DNA of 64,000 nucleotides, taken from the NCBI RefSeq assembly GCF_009834535.1, contig NC_045696.1, positions 23,686,001 to 23,750,000 on the forward strand. The letters are read 5' to 3'. This DNA comes from Camelus ferus (Eukaryota). A program made the position numbers and the translations under genes. Below, piece by piece: positions 54,196 to 64,000 of this stretch. Numbering within the stretch: the stretch's first letter is position 1; each line of letters opens with the position of its first letter. A model generated the notes under the pieces. That model made no database searches, was not told where the DNA came from, and saw only the letters and a program-made list of their open reading frames with translations.

Positions 54196-55924
54196 TGGGT
54201 CACAGTCTGCTGAGTAAGTCTGGACTTATATTCTTCCTATTATCTTAATATTTGGGAACTCGTATTTTATTAATCTATATAATAAGAGTGTTTCATTTCT
54301 TTGACATATTGAGTTATTTTAGATTTCTGAAATAGTAATAAAGTGAAAAGGCATTGGAAATAATTTTACTTTTTTTTTAAAGTTAATATTTTTATTTCTA
54401 GGGTTAATGCTACAAGGTTATACCGGATATCTATGAATAAATGCTACAGCTATTGAGAAATATTAGTAAAAGCTTTGAAATTTAGATTCTTTCTGTTTCA
54501 AAGAGTATGTGAGCTCAAACTGTGACACAACTTCTGTGCATTAATCGCTCTCAGACTCCCACAGAAGCTTCCATTATGCCTTGACAACAGCTTGCCATCC
54601 ATTTGGCAGAAATTTTACCCTTTGAGAACAACCAAATTTCAAATTGTGGAGGTGTTTTCTTTCTTTTTTTCTTTTTCTTTTTCTTTTTTTTTTTTTTTAG
54701 ATGAGAGCTTTGGTTTTATTACTTTTTTTTTCCTGCATGCTTAGAGTAAAAGGAAATCCAAATCTTTAGAGGTAAAGCATTTAATGAGGATAAATTTTGC
54801 ATTTTGATCCAAGGTATATTTTTAAAACATCATACTCACTGTGTATTGATTTGCAATTACTTCCTAACAAAGAGATACCACATACTGAATTCAGGTGGAA
54901 ATAGACCTTTCCGTGGGCCTGGCAATACATTTCCTCTTTGAGAATGGCTTTGGATTTTCATGGCCTTTCATGTAATTCTTAGTTTTAAATCTTTGATAAC
55001 AATAGCTTACTCATCTTAGTTTCTCTCCAGTTATCCTCACTTCCACACTTAAGAATCAAAAAAGCAAACAGCAATATACCAGGATGACTTGGAATAAATA
55101 CGAAGTCCTGGGGAGGGGAAGAGCTTTTACATTACATTACATTACATGTCAGATCTACAGTTCTAACTTCTGACCAGAGTATAGTTTTATATTTTAACAT
55201 TCTTTGGTTAATTCATACCTATGTTACCATCTTAGTGTATTCACTTACTCTGATGCTACAATGTACTAATCGGTTCTCTGAATAAGAACTATTGAGTCTA
55301 AAATTCAAGTTAAGCAAATGACCTAAGTCAGATGATAAAAGGAAAACACTTCAGAAATGCTATTTTGAAAGCAAACTAAAAGCAAATTTCATAAATCTCA
55401 GCTTTTCATTTCCACAGAAAATTACAGCTACTTCAGATACCATTAATTACTGTAGACTCTGTCAAGGCAGCATTTGCTACAAGCTTTGAATAGGGCTAAG
55501 AGCTTTGACAAAAAAGAAAAATTAAAAATCATTAAAATTAAAATAATGGTTTAGAAAACACTCATGTACACACATTGCTTCTATCTCACTACATTTATTT
55601 CAGAAGTAGAAGTTTTGCCTACTGCTGCTGACCCAGCCAAGGTTGCCTTCTTTTGTGTTCTTAGAGAGGAAAACTGAACTTCTGAGAAATTAATTAATTT
55701 TACTAAGGTCACACAACTTGACAAGAGAAGTCAGCTGTCTCATCTAGGTTTGCCTAATACCACTGCTTTATTTGTTCTACCCTGTTTCATGCCTTGACAC
55801 AGACAGTTAACCTGAGATCTCTGCCCTGAAAAACTGTCTAAAGGGAGAAATAAGTATGTAAACAACCATTTATAATACACTTGAAAAGCAGGATAAGTTT
55901 TACTCAGTTTCACGGGAACTTTTA

Positions 55925-56210
55925 AAAACCTTGTTTCTAATTGAGCTGTGATTGACATAAAACATTGTGTAAGTTTAAGGTGTACAACCTGTTCATTTGA
56001 TACCTGTACATATTGCAACACTGATTGCCACTGTCGTGTTAGGTAACACTTCTATCACATCACATAAATATTTCTTTTTTGTGGTGAGAACCCTTCAGAT
56101 CTAGTGTCTTAGCAACTTTGAAGTATGGAACAGAGCACTGTTGACTATAATTACTATGCTGTGTGCTAGCTCTTCAGGACTTTTTCATCTTTTAACTGCA
56201 AGTTTGTATC
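55925..56210 (-). mobile_element. L1MA9-like 3' terminus
   Basis: 'attgacataaaacattgtgtaagtttaaggtgtacaac...tttttttgtggtgagaac..cttagcaactttgaagtat'. Confidence 0.85.
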
Positions 56211-56959
56211 ATGGGAACTTTTTGATGCGATCAACTTGGTCTTGAAACCTCAGGGAATATTTTTTGACGAACAGGACTGAGGGGGAATAGAAACATTCAA
56301 GACAAAATGGGAAGATGGGCATGACAGCAAGAGGAAATAGCATAAGTAAATCATTAGAAACAAAAGAGAAGATCTCGAAGTCAGGAAATCACAAGGAGGT
56401 ACGTGTGATGAGATCCTAGAAGAGAAGAGGGTGCCTGGAGTCTTAAAGTCTCAGAGATCACGCTGAGGCATTTGGACTCCATACTACAGGCAATTAGAAG
56501 CCATGGGAGGATTTTAATCACGAGAGGAAATGTCATTTACTTAACAAATATTTGAGAGCTTATTATTTCCAGGCACGAATCCTCTTCATAAATTAGAATA
56601 ATTTCAGGCAACAATATAGAAGATAGACCAAAAACGGAAAAGACTAGAGGCTGTTTCAAAACATTTGGGCAAAAAAGACAAGACACAATTGAGGTGGAGA
56701 CTAAGTCCACTTTGCCTTTTGACTAACTATTGTCAGAGGGTAAAATAACAGCAAGCATGATTTTGGTAGCTTTCTTGGCTCATCTTTATTCCCCTTACCA
56801 GCCAAGGCTCTTTATCCTTTCAATGCCCAGCAGACCTCTAAGGCTCCCGTAAGTTTCTTGTGAATTCAGATGCTACTGTCTGACTCGGTCCAGTCACCAG
56901 TGTATCTCATTGTCTGCCTGAGATGCTCTTTCAAGTGGAAGTCAAGCTCAGGAATCAAA

Positions 56960-57170
56960 GTGGTTTTTTTTAGTGTGTGTGTGTGTATATATATACACAC
57001 ACGAGACTAATATATACATATTTATTACAGTATAGTCAGTTTACAATATTGTGTCAATTTCTGGTGTACAGCATAATGCTTCAGTCAGACAACGAATGCC
57101 ACAGAAAGACAAAAAGTCATAAAGGAATACTATGAACAACTATATGGCAACAAATTGGACAGCTTAGAAG
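56960..57170 (-). mobile_element. Camelid L1 with 5' inversion: 3' terminus (57021-57087, -) fused to inverted ORF2 piece (57089-57170, +)
   Basis: Plus strand from 57089 translates TTNATERQKVIKEYYEQLYGNKLDSLE (L1 ORF2, between EN and RT). The adjacent sequence is an L1 3' end in opposite orientation. Direct repeat AGGAATCAAA at 56950-56959 and 57172-57181. Confidence 0.85.
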
Positions 57171-57619
57171 TAGGAATCAAACTTTTTGAGACAACTCACC
57201 TGTATAACCCTCCACAGGCTTCTGCCTACAGCCCAGGGCTGTAAAGCTCTTCTGTCTCATATTGTGAAATCTTTTCCAAGAAGCTTAAGCCACTCAGGAG
57301 CAACACTGGCTCAGTCTACAGTCCTTTTATGTAAAAACACACTAAGAAGTGAAGAGGATCCTTCTCTGCTTCTCCAGACAGCTTATGCTACCAACACTTT
57401 GACTCATATCTTTTCCCCTCTTCTTTTAATTCTCTTCACATTGCAGTTACTGCATGAAACTTTAAAAGCATTCCTGTAAGAAGGGTAGATATGAGGATAG
57501 GAAAGTAGTTTCAATAATTGAGTTTTATCGTAAAGCTAGTGTACAAATGCACTTAATTAAAAAAAAATCTTTATCCATGGTCCCCGGGGCCCAGATTTGT
57601 GGTTCATAGTAGAAGATAG

Positions 57620-58522
57620 ATTTTTCATTTTCATTTTCATTTTAGGTTTTACTTTTAGTGCGTTTTCAGGTTCACAGTAAAATTGAGTGGAAGGTGTATA
57701 GACTTCCCATGTACCTGGTGCCCGCATACACGCATGGCCTCCTCCATCATCAGCATCCCTCACCGAGTGGTACATTTGTTGCAGTTGTTGACTCTACATT
57801 AGTGCATCTTTTCTTCCAAAGTTCATGGTTTACATTAGGATTTGCTTCTGGTGTTGTACATCCTCTGGGTTTGAACAAATGTGTAACGACATTTATCCAC
57901 AATTGTAAGTATCATACAGAGTAGTGTCACTGTCACATAATTCGGCTGTGCTCTGCTTATTCATCCCTCCTGACAACCACTGATTGTTCTACTGTCTCTA
58001 TTCTAGAATGTCATATAGTTGGAGTCATACAGCATGTGGCATTTTCAGATTGGCTTATTTTACTTAGTAATATGCATTTGTGTCTTTTGTTAGATTTATT
58101 TTTGAGAAGACTTTATTTGAAAGCTTATACAAACACAATATTTTATATCATCCTTCATATGCTTATTTTATTTTTCTCATTATCACGATAGGGTATTTAA
58201 AAACCAACGTGTTTTTTTCACTAAGCCCCATGCAGTTGCCTTCGCATCTCGTTTAACTTATCCCAGTGTGCTCTAAGAATATCATCATTTCTATGAATTT
58301 CATAATGTGAAAAAGGATTGAGAAGCACTATTTTAAACTTTATATGAAGATTTTCAACCTCGGGCTCCTTGATGGAGTTCAGTGAATGTGTAAAATATGC
58401 AAGTGCCTCTTTCTGGAGAGACGGTCAGTAGTTTTCATTGGGTTCTTCCATATCCTTTCATGACTTGATAACTCATTTCTTTTCAGCACAGAGTAGTATT
58501 CCATTGTCGGGCTGTACCACAG
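57620..58522 (-). mobile_element. L1MC1/2-like 3' UTR, interrupted at 58080-58440
   Basis: 'ttttcaggttcacagtaaaattgagtggaagg', 'ctagaatgtcatatagttggagtcatacag..ttttcagattggctt'; resumes 'ggttcttccatatcctttcatgacttgataactcatttc'. Confidence 0.85.
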
Positions 58523-58539
58523 CACCAGAATTCAACTTG

Positions 58540-59120
58540 GTGCAGGTGACTGGGCCTTCTGGAGTCTGGCTGCAGCTTTGTAGTTAAAGCACTGAAGGGG
58601 AGTGATGCATTTTGAGTAGTGAGATAACACTTAATTTTTGCAGACAAAACTCTTTATGATGATATGGCCCTCAAAGAATGTAGTCATGATGAGGGAAAGT
58701 TCACAATAGTTATGGTGACAAATCCCAAAGCACTGACAACACCAGCCCCAGCTACATGCCACCCAGTGATCAAGTCCAGCCACCACTGCTGTGGTTGGTT
58801 CATCCCCAGCAGCAGCTGTGACTCAAGTACCAGCCTCTATCCTGGCTTTGGCTCCCACTTCTGCACCTGTACCCAAGGCTCCAGCATCAAGGCTGGCATC
58901 TTCTGAACCTGCACCTACTACTGCAACTAAACAAGGGAAAGCTGCACAGAAGCCAGCAGGGACACCTGTGACTGCTAGTCTAATTCCAGCCTCAGCACAT
59001 TTAGGAGAGTCTTCTTGGAAAGAGTTCTTGTGACAGGTTGGTCTCATGAGAATATAGTAATGAGATCATATCAATGAGCTGGTTTCAACAACCCTGACAG
59101 GGCACAAAGTATTTTTTAAT
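58540..59120 (+). pseudogene. RAD23B: RAD23B processed pseudogene (UBL domain, Pro/Ala/Thr linker, UBA1), 3' half absent
   Basis: Translation VKALK-GSDAF*VVR*HLIFADKTLYDDMALKECSHDEGKFTIVMVTNPKALTTPAPAT / ..ALAPTSAPVPKAPASRLASSEPAPTTATKQGKAAQKPAGTPV.. / LVTGWSHENIV / AGFNNPDRA aligns to recalled RAD23B ([104 protein letters not shown]). No introns; in-frame stops at 58613-58615 and 58625-58627; frameshifts and deletions. The first ~40 nt are only a weak match. Confidence 0.93.
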
Positions 59121-59149
59121 TTATCAAATATTATAAAGTATTACTGATA

Positions 59150-59270
59150 CATTTGACTTTTAAGAGCAATTTTAGGTTTACAGAAAAATTGAGCAGACAC
59201 TGAGAAAGTTTCCAAATACCCCTTCTTTGTCCCCAGACGCCTCTCTATTACTAATATCTTGCATCATGAA
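59150..59270 (-). mobile_element. L1MC-like extreme 3' end
   Basis: 'ttttaagagcaattttaggtttacagaaaaattgagcaga...ctattactaatatcttgcat'. Confidence 0.75.
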
Positions 59271-59276
59271 TATTGA

Positions 59277-60890
59277 CACATAGATTCAAAATTTATGTGA
59301 AGATGCAAAAGACACAAAAAAGCCAACTCAATATTGAAGGAGAAGAATAAAGTTGGAGGAATGATGCTACCCAACTTTAAGACTTACTATAAAGCTATAA
59401 AGCTTTGGTAATCAAGACACTGCAATATTGGTAAATGAATAGACAAATAGATCAATAGATTAAAGACCAGAAATATACTCATATAAATATGGTAAACTCA
59501 TCTTTGATAAAGGAGCAAAGACAATACAATGAAGAAAAGATGGTCTTTTCAACAAATGGTACTGGAACACCTGGACATTCACATGCCAAAAAATAAATAT
59601 AGACACAGACTTCATACTCTTCACAAAAATTAACTCAAAATGGATTGCAGACCTAAATATGAAATACAAATCTAAAGCATCTTGAAGATGATATAGGAGA
59701 AAATCTAGATGACCTTGGGTTTGGTGATGACTTTTTAGATTCAACATTAAAAGCATTATTCATAACAGAAAGAAATGACAAGTTGGACTTCATAAAATTA
59801 AAATTTTCTCTTTGTTAAAGACACTGTCAAGAGAATGAAAAGACAGTCACAGACTACAATTAAATATTTGCAGAAGACATATCTGACAAAGGACTGTTAT
59901 CCAAAATATACAGAGACCTCTTAGAAATCAATGATAAGAAAACAACCTAATGTAAAAAATGGGCCAAAGACATTAACAGAGACATTACCAAAGAAGATAG
60001 ATAAATGGAAAAAAATCATAAGGGAAGATGCTCCATGTTACATGTCATCAGGGAAATGCAAATTAAAACATCAATGAGATATCACTACACACCTATTAGA
60101 ATGATCAGATCTGCAACACTGACACCACCAAATGCTGACAAGGATGTGGAGCAACAGGAATGTTCATGCATTTCTGGTGGGAAAGCAAAATAGTATAGCT
60201 CCTTTGAAGACAGTTCGGTGGTTTCTCACAGAACTAAACATATTCTTACCATATAATTCAGCAACTGGACTCCTTAGTATTTATTCAAAGGAGTGTAAAA
60301 CTTATGTCCCCATTAATTGCCCTAAATTGAAAATAACCAAGATGTCTTTCAGTGGGTGAATGGATAAATAAACAGTGGTGCGTCTAGACAATGGAATATT
60401 ATTCAGAAATAGAAAGAAATGAGCCACAAAAAGACATGGAGAAACTTAAAAACATATTACTAAGTGAAAGAAGCAAGTTTGAAAGGCTTCATGCTGTATA
60501 ATTCCAACTATATGACATTCTGGAAAAGATAAATCTATAGAAACAGTAAAAAGATCAGTGGGAAGAGGGGGAGGGATGAATAGATGGCGGATTTTTAGGG
60601 CAGTGAAACTGATCCATATGATACTGTAACGCTGAACACATGACATCATACATTTTTCAAAACCATGGAGTGCAACACAGAGAGCATCCTGATATAAATG
60701 ACAGACTTTAGTTAATATAATAAATGTATCAATATTGGTTCATAAATTGTAACAAATATACCATACCAATGCAAGATGTTAATAATAGGGGATCAGGGGT
60801 GGGACGTTATGGGAGCTCTCTATACTCTGTTCAGTTTTTCTGTAAATTTAAAACTGCTCAAAAAGAAAGAGTCTATTAAAAATACAAATT
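59277..60890 (+). mobile_element. L1MC-like ORF2 3' half + 3' UTR
   Basis: Sense ORF2 text 'aagacttactataaagcta', 'tggtcttttcaacaaatggtactggaaca'; ORF 60005..60193 gives [22 protein letters not shown] ends 'tttttctgtaaatttaaaactgctc..agtctattaaaa'. Confidence 0.9.
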
Positions 60891-60939
60891 AAAAAAGAGT
60901 AATTGATAAAGTTAAAAAATATATATCTACATATTCACT

Positions 60940-62470
60940 CTACTTCCATGATTTCTGAGGAGGAGTCAAATGTAATTCCTAACTTCGTTCCTTCATAGGT
61001 TAGGTGTTTTTAAACTCTAGCTTCTATTAGAGTCTTTTCTTTATCTTTGGTTTCTGTAGTTTAAATGTAGATATATGGTATGCCTAGATATAGTGTTTTT
61101 TGTTTCATTTTGTTTGCTTTTCTCCTATCCTCTCAGAAGTCCTCTCAACTTCCTGGAGCCGTGGTTTTGTGTCTGATATTAATTGGGGAAAATTCTGTCC
61201 TTACTTCCGCAAGTACTTCTGTTCCGTTTCCTCTCTCTTCTCCTTCCGGTGTTCTCATTACAAATGTGTTTTTGTAGCTGTCGCACAGTTCTTAGATATT
61301 CTGTTCTGTGTTTCTGTCTTTTTCCCTCTTGCTTTTCAGGTTTGGAGGTTTCTATGAAGATGTCCTTAAGCTTAGAGATTCTTTCTTCAGCCACGTCCAG
61401 TTTCTGAAAAAGCCCATCAAAGCTGTTCTTCATTTCTATCTCAGTGTTTTTGATCTCTAATTTTTTTTTTTTGGTTCTTTCTTATAATTTATTTCTCTCT
61501 GCTTACATTGTCTATCTGTTCTTGAATGCTGCCTACTTTATCCATTAGAGCCTTTAATAATAATCGCAGTTGTTTTAAATTCTTGGTCTGATAATTCCAA
61601 CATTCCTGCCATATTTGAGTCTGGTCCTGATGCTTGTTCTGTCTTTTAGTTTTTTGTTTTTTGTTTTTTCTGATATGCCTTGTAAGTTTTCTCAATAGCT
61701 GGATACCATGTATGAGGTTAAAGAGACTGCTGCGAACCAGACTTTAGGACTGTGCTGGGAACGTGTTGGGGGAGTAGAAATGTTCCACAGTCCTAGGATT
61801 AGGTCTCAGTGAGCCTACGCACTGGACCATGAGCTTCATCACTGCTTCTCAGTACCCACCCCCCTCACACCCCTTAGGTGTGACAGGAGAGCTGGAGTGG
61901 ACTGAAATTGGGTATTGCCTTTCTCCCAGGTCAATTAGGGCCTCACAAAACCAAAGCAGGTAGGCTCTGGTTAACTAGTTTCTCCTGAGGGCAAACCTTA
62001 TTAAGAGGAAAAGGATGATGTCCTTTATTTCATTGATGGTTCCTTTTCCCCTTACCCTTCTGGAAGCACAAGGAGATTTTTCTCCTCTACTTACTCTAAA
62101 AAACCTGTGGAGTTCCAGGAGGTGAAACTCACAAAAGTGTGGGGGCCCACTGAAGACTGGGTCCCTCTGGAGTTTCTACCTTTCAGAACTGTCCACTCTA
62201 ACCCTCTAGCAATTTACCACTTACAGTTCCGGTTTTCCTACCCTGGAGCGTGGCTTCCCATGGGCGTCTCGGCTCCGGTAAGCTGTGATTTTCTGTATTT
62301 GTCTGCCTGTCTCTCCAGTGTTGGAAACAGTTTGTTCTGTGGCCTTACTTCTCTCAGGGATCGAAGAATAGTTGTTGATTTTTCAGTTTGTTCAGCTTTT
62401 ACTTGTTGTTAGGATAGAGGGTAGAGCAACTTGGAAGCTTTTTACATGCCAGACCAGAAGCTGGAAGTCT
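60940..62470 (-). mobile_element. Old L1 5' UTR/ORF1 region (L1MC-type 5' end)
   Basis: Minus ORFs 61489..61695 and 61179..61433 give ORF1 coiled-coil-like text (LKALMDKVGSIQEQIDNVSRE; MKNSFDGLFQKLDVAEERISKLKD). Confidence 0.8.
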
Positions 62471-63444
62471 CTGATCACAGATTTTTTTTTTTTCAGTGAA
62501 TCTTACTAAGCAATGTCTTAAGAGGATATAACTAGAAATATCTGTAAAATTCAGTGTCATTTGACATTCCTAAGCCTCTTCAAATTCCTAATTATTTGAG
62601 AGGGATGAGATCGTATCACTGACCGTAGCTCTTTTATTGCTTTTACTGACTTCTCCCTTCATGTTCTTCCAGAATATCACTCTGCTATCCGGGGACCTTT
62701 CCTTGGAAAGACAGTGTAGGCTTCTCTTCTCACTGCTGTCTCCATAAGGAACAGCACCAACAACTCTGGAGAATTTAGTTTTCTCCACTCTGTTATTCAC
62801 CTGGTATTTTGTAGTTTAAGGACAAGTACTATGTAGTTCAGGGTACTGTGGACTTAAAAGAAAAAAAAGTAGTTGTGACACTGTATTTCAGGGTTCTCGA
62901 AGACTTTTGTAAAGTTGTGATTTAACAAAGGAATTCCCAGCCCCATTAGAGGCAGCCAGGGTTTGCAAAGATATGTTGAAGTATTCCCATTCCTCTTTCC
63001 ATATCCATGCCCCCGTAATCTGTTTGGTGTGGAATCCTCAAATGTTAGTGTGTATCAGACAATGTATTAGGTCCTAGACAATGACCTTGACAATCCAACA
63101 GGACTCTCTTGTTGATTCTTTTACACTCATAAAGCTAACTCAGAGGGCTCTAGGGAGAGTACCTGGAAGTTCATACTGGAAAATTCTGTATCACCAGTTC
63201 ATTAAAAAAAAAGTTTCTTTTTCTGTTTCTATAACTCTACAGTTCAGCCTAAGCCATGGACACAGATAGCCCCATGAAATTATCCATTTTATGAAATTTA
63301 CTAACTCCTAGATGGAGGTATGAACTGAAAACAGATGCAGTGCCTCTCAGGCTTTGGGCAAAAAACTTCTTAATTGCCCTGTATCACATTTTCAGACTTT
63401 TTTTTAATCTGGATACAGAAATTCAGGGATTTTCTTTTCCACAG

Positions 63445-63585
63445 TCTTAACCTGAGTTTCAATGCCAAGTTATACATATTGAAGGCTGGTAACCAAGGGA
63501 CCACATGCAACAGCGTCAGGGCTAAGTCTTGACTCAACATTGGATTTGAACAGATATTTCTGGTAACAGCAGAATACATTTACAG
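63445..63585 (+). other. Candidate spliced exon (probably non-coding)
   Basis: TTTTCTTTTCCACAG| acceptor and perfect CAG|GTAAGT donor; 141 nt; stops in all frames. Confidence 0.35.
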
Positions 63586-64000
63586 GTAAGTATCTTTCCT
63601 CTTGGTAATGAAGGCAGAAACATCATCTAGAAGTATTATGAATCAAAATAAGTTTTGGTTAATTTATACCTGAACACATAAGAAAATAAATTAAACCTGT
63701 TCTTTTTGAAGCAGAACTTGGGGGAGGGGGCTAACTCACCATTACTGCCGCCACTACCGCCACCAAAATTCGTCCTTACTCCTATTGCCACCTGTACTGC
63801 TCATTTGGTGCTTGTCATACGATCTTTTATTATCCTTAATGTCTCAAATGTTCATTTCTTCAAATTTAGTGGGCATAAGCAATGAATAAGCAATGAATAA
63901 GATTTACTATCTGTGTGTGTTGATTAAACTATCACTAAGTGGCTAGAAATGTCAAAACAAAGTAAACAAATGTGCTTCAATTACTTAAGTATTCAATAAA

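Noticed and set aside
54655..54700. Long polypyrimidine tract ending in AG as a splice acceptor
   Set aside because: No convincing downstream donor or open frame; more likely a simple T-rich repeat.
58664..59033. Two 80-aa ORFs as a functional RAD23B retrogene or mucin-like protein
   Set aside because: Upstream in-frame stops, frameshifts and deletions; the Pro/Ala/Thr richness is the RAD23B linker.
59150..60890. Terminal inverted repeats around the L1MC block
   Set aside because: The similarity is explained by two L1MC-type 3' ends in opposite orientation, and they are substantially diverged.
62588..62800. 70-aa minus-strand ORF as a coding exon
   Set aside because: GTG start, poor polypyrimidine tract, no recognisable homology.

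Overview
AT-rich, repeat-dense mammalian genomic DNA, very probably camelid (alpaca/llama/camel lineage): the young tRNA-derived SINEs and young L1 3' UTRs match the camelid Vic-1/L1_Vpa type as I recall them. I found no intact protein-coding gene that I can recognise. Most ORFs in the track are chance frames or L1 remnants. Best-supported non-repeat calls: (1) a decayed, intronless RAD23B processed pseudogene (~58540-59120, +) containing only the 5' half of the CDS; (2) a 33-nt 3'-truncated U2 snRNA retrocopy with target-site duplications (27380-27412, -). The rest is layered L1 (young to ancient), SINE/MIR/L2, solo LTRs (MLT1, MLT2, MER31/MER34-like, ERV1) and hAT fossils (MER97-, MER119-, MER5-like). 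Several have unusual junctions: a twin-primed L1 with a very large internal deletion, a ~70-bp duplication flanking an L1, and foreign DNA captured inside an L1MC. Splice signals suggest an unidentified 3-exon minus-strand transcript end (40324->~38320) and scattered plus-strand non-coding exons; both are inference. I found no convincing novel biological system. Repeat subfamily names come from memory of consensus sequences, not a search, and old-repeat boundaries are approximate.
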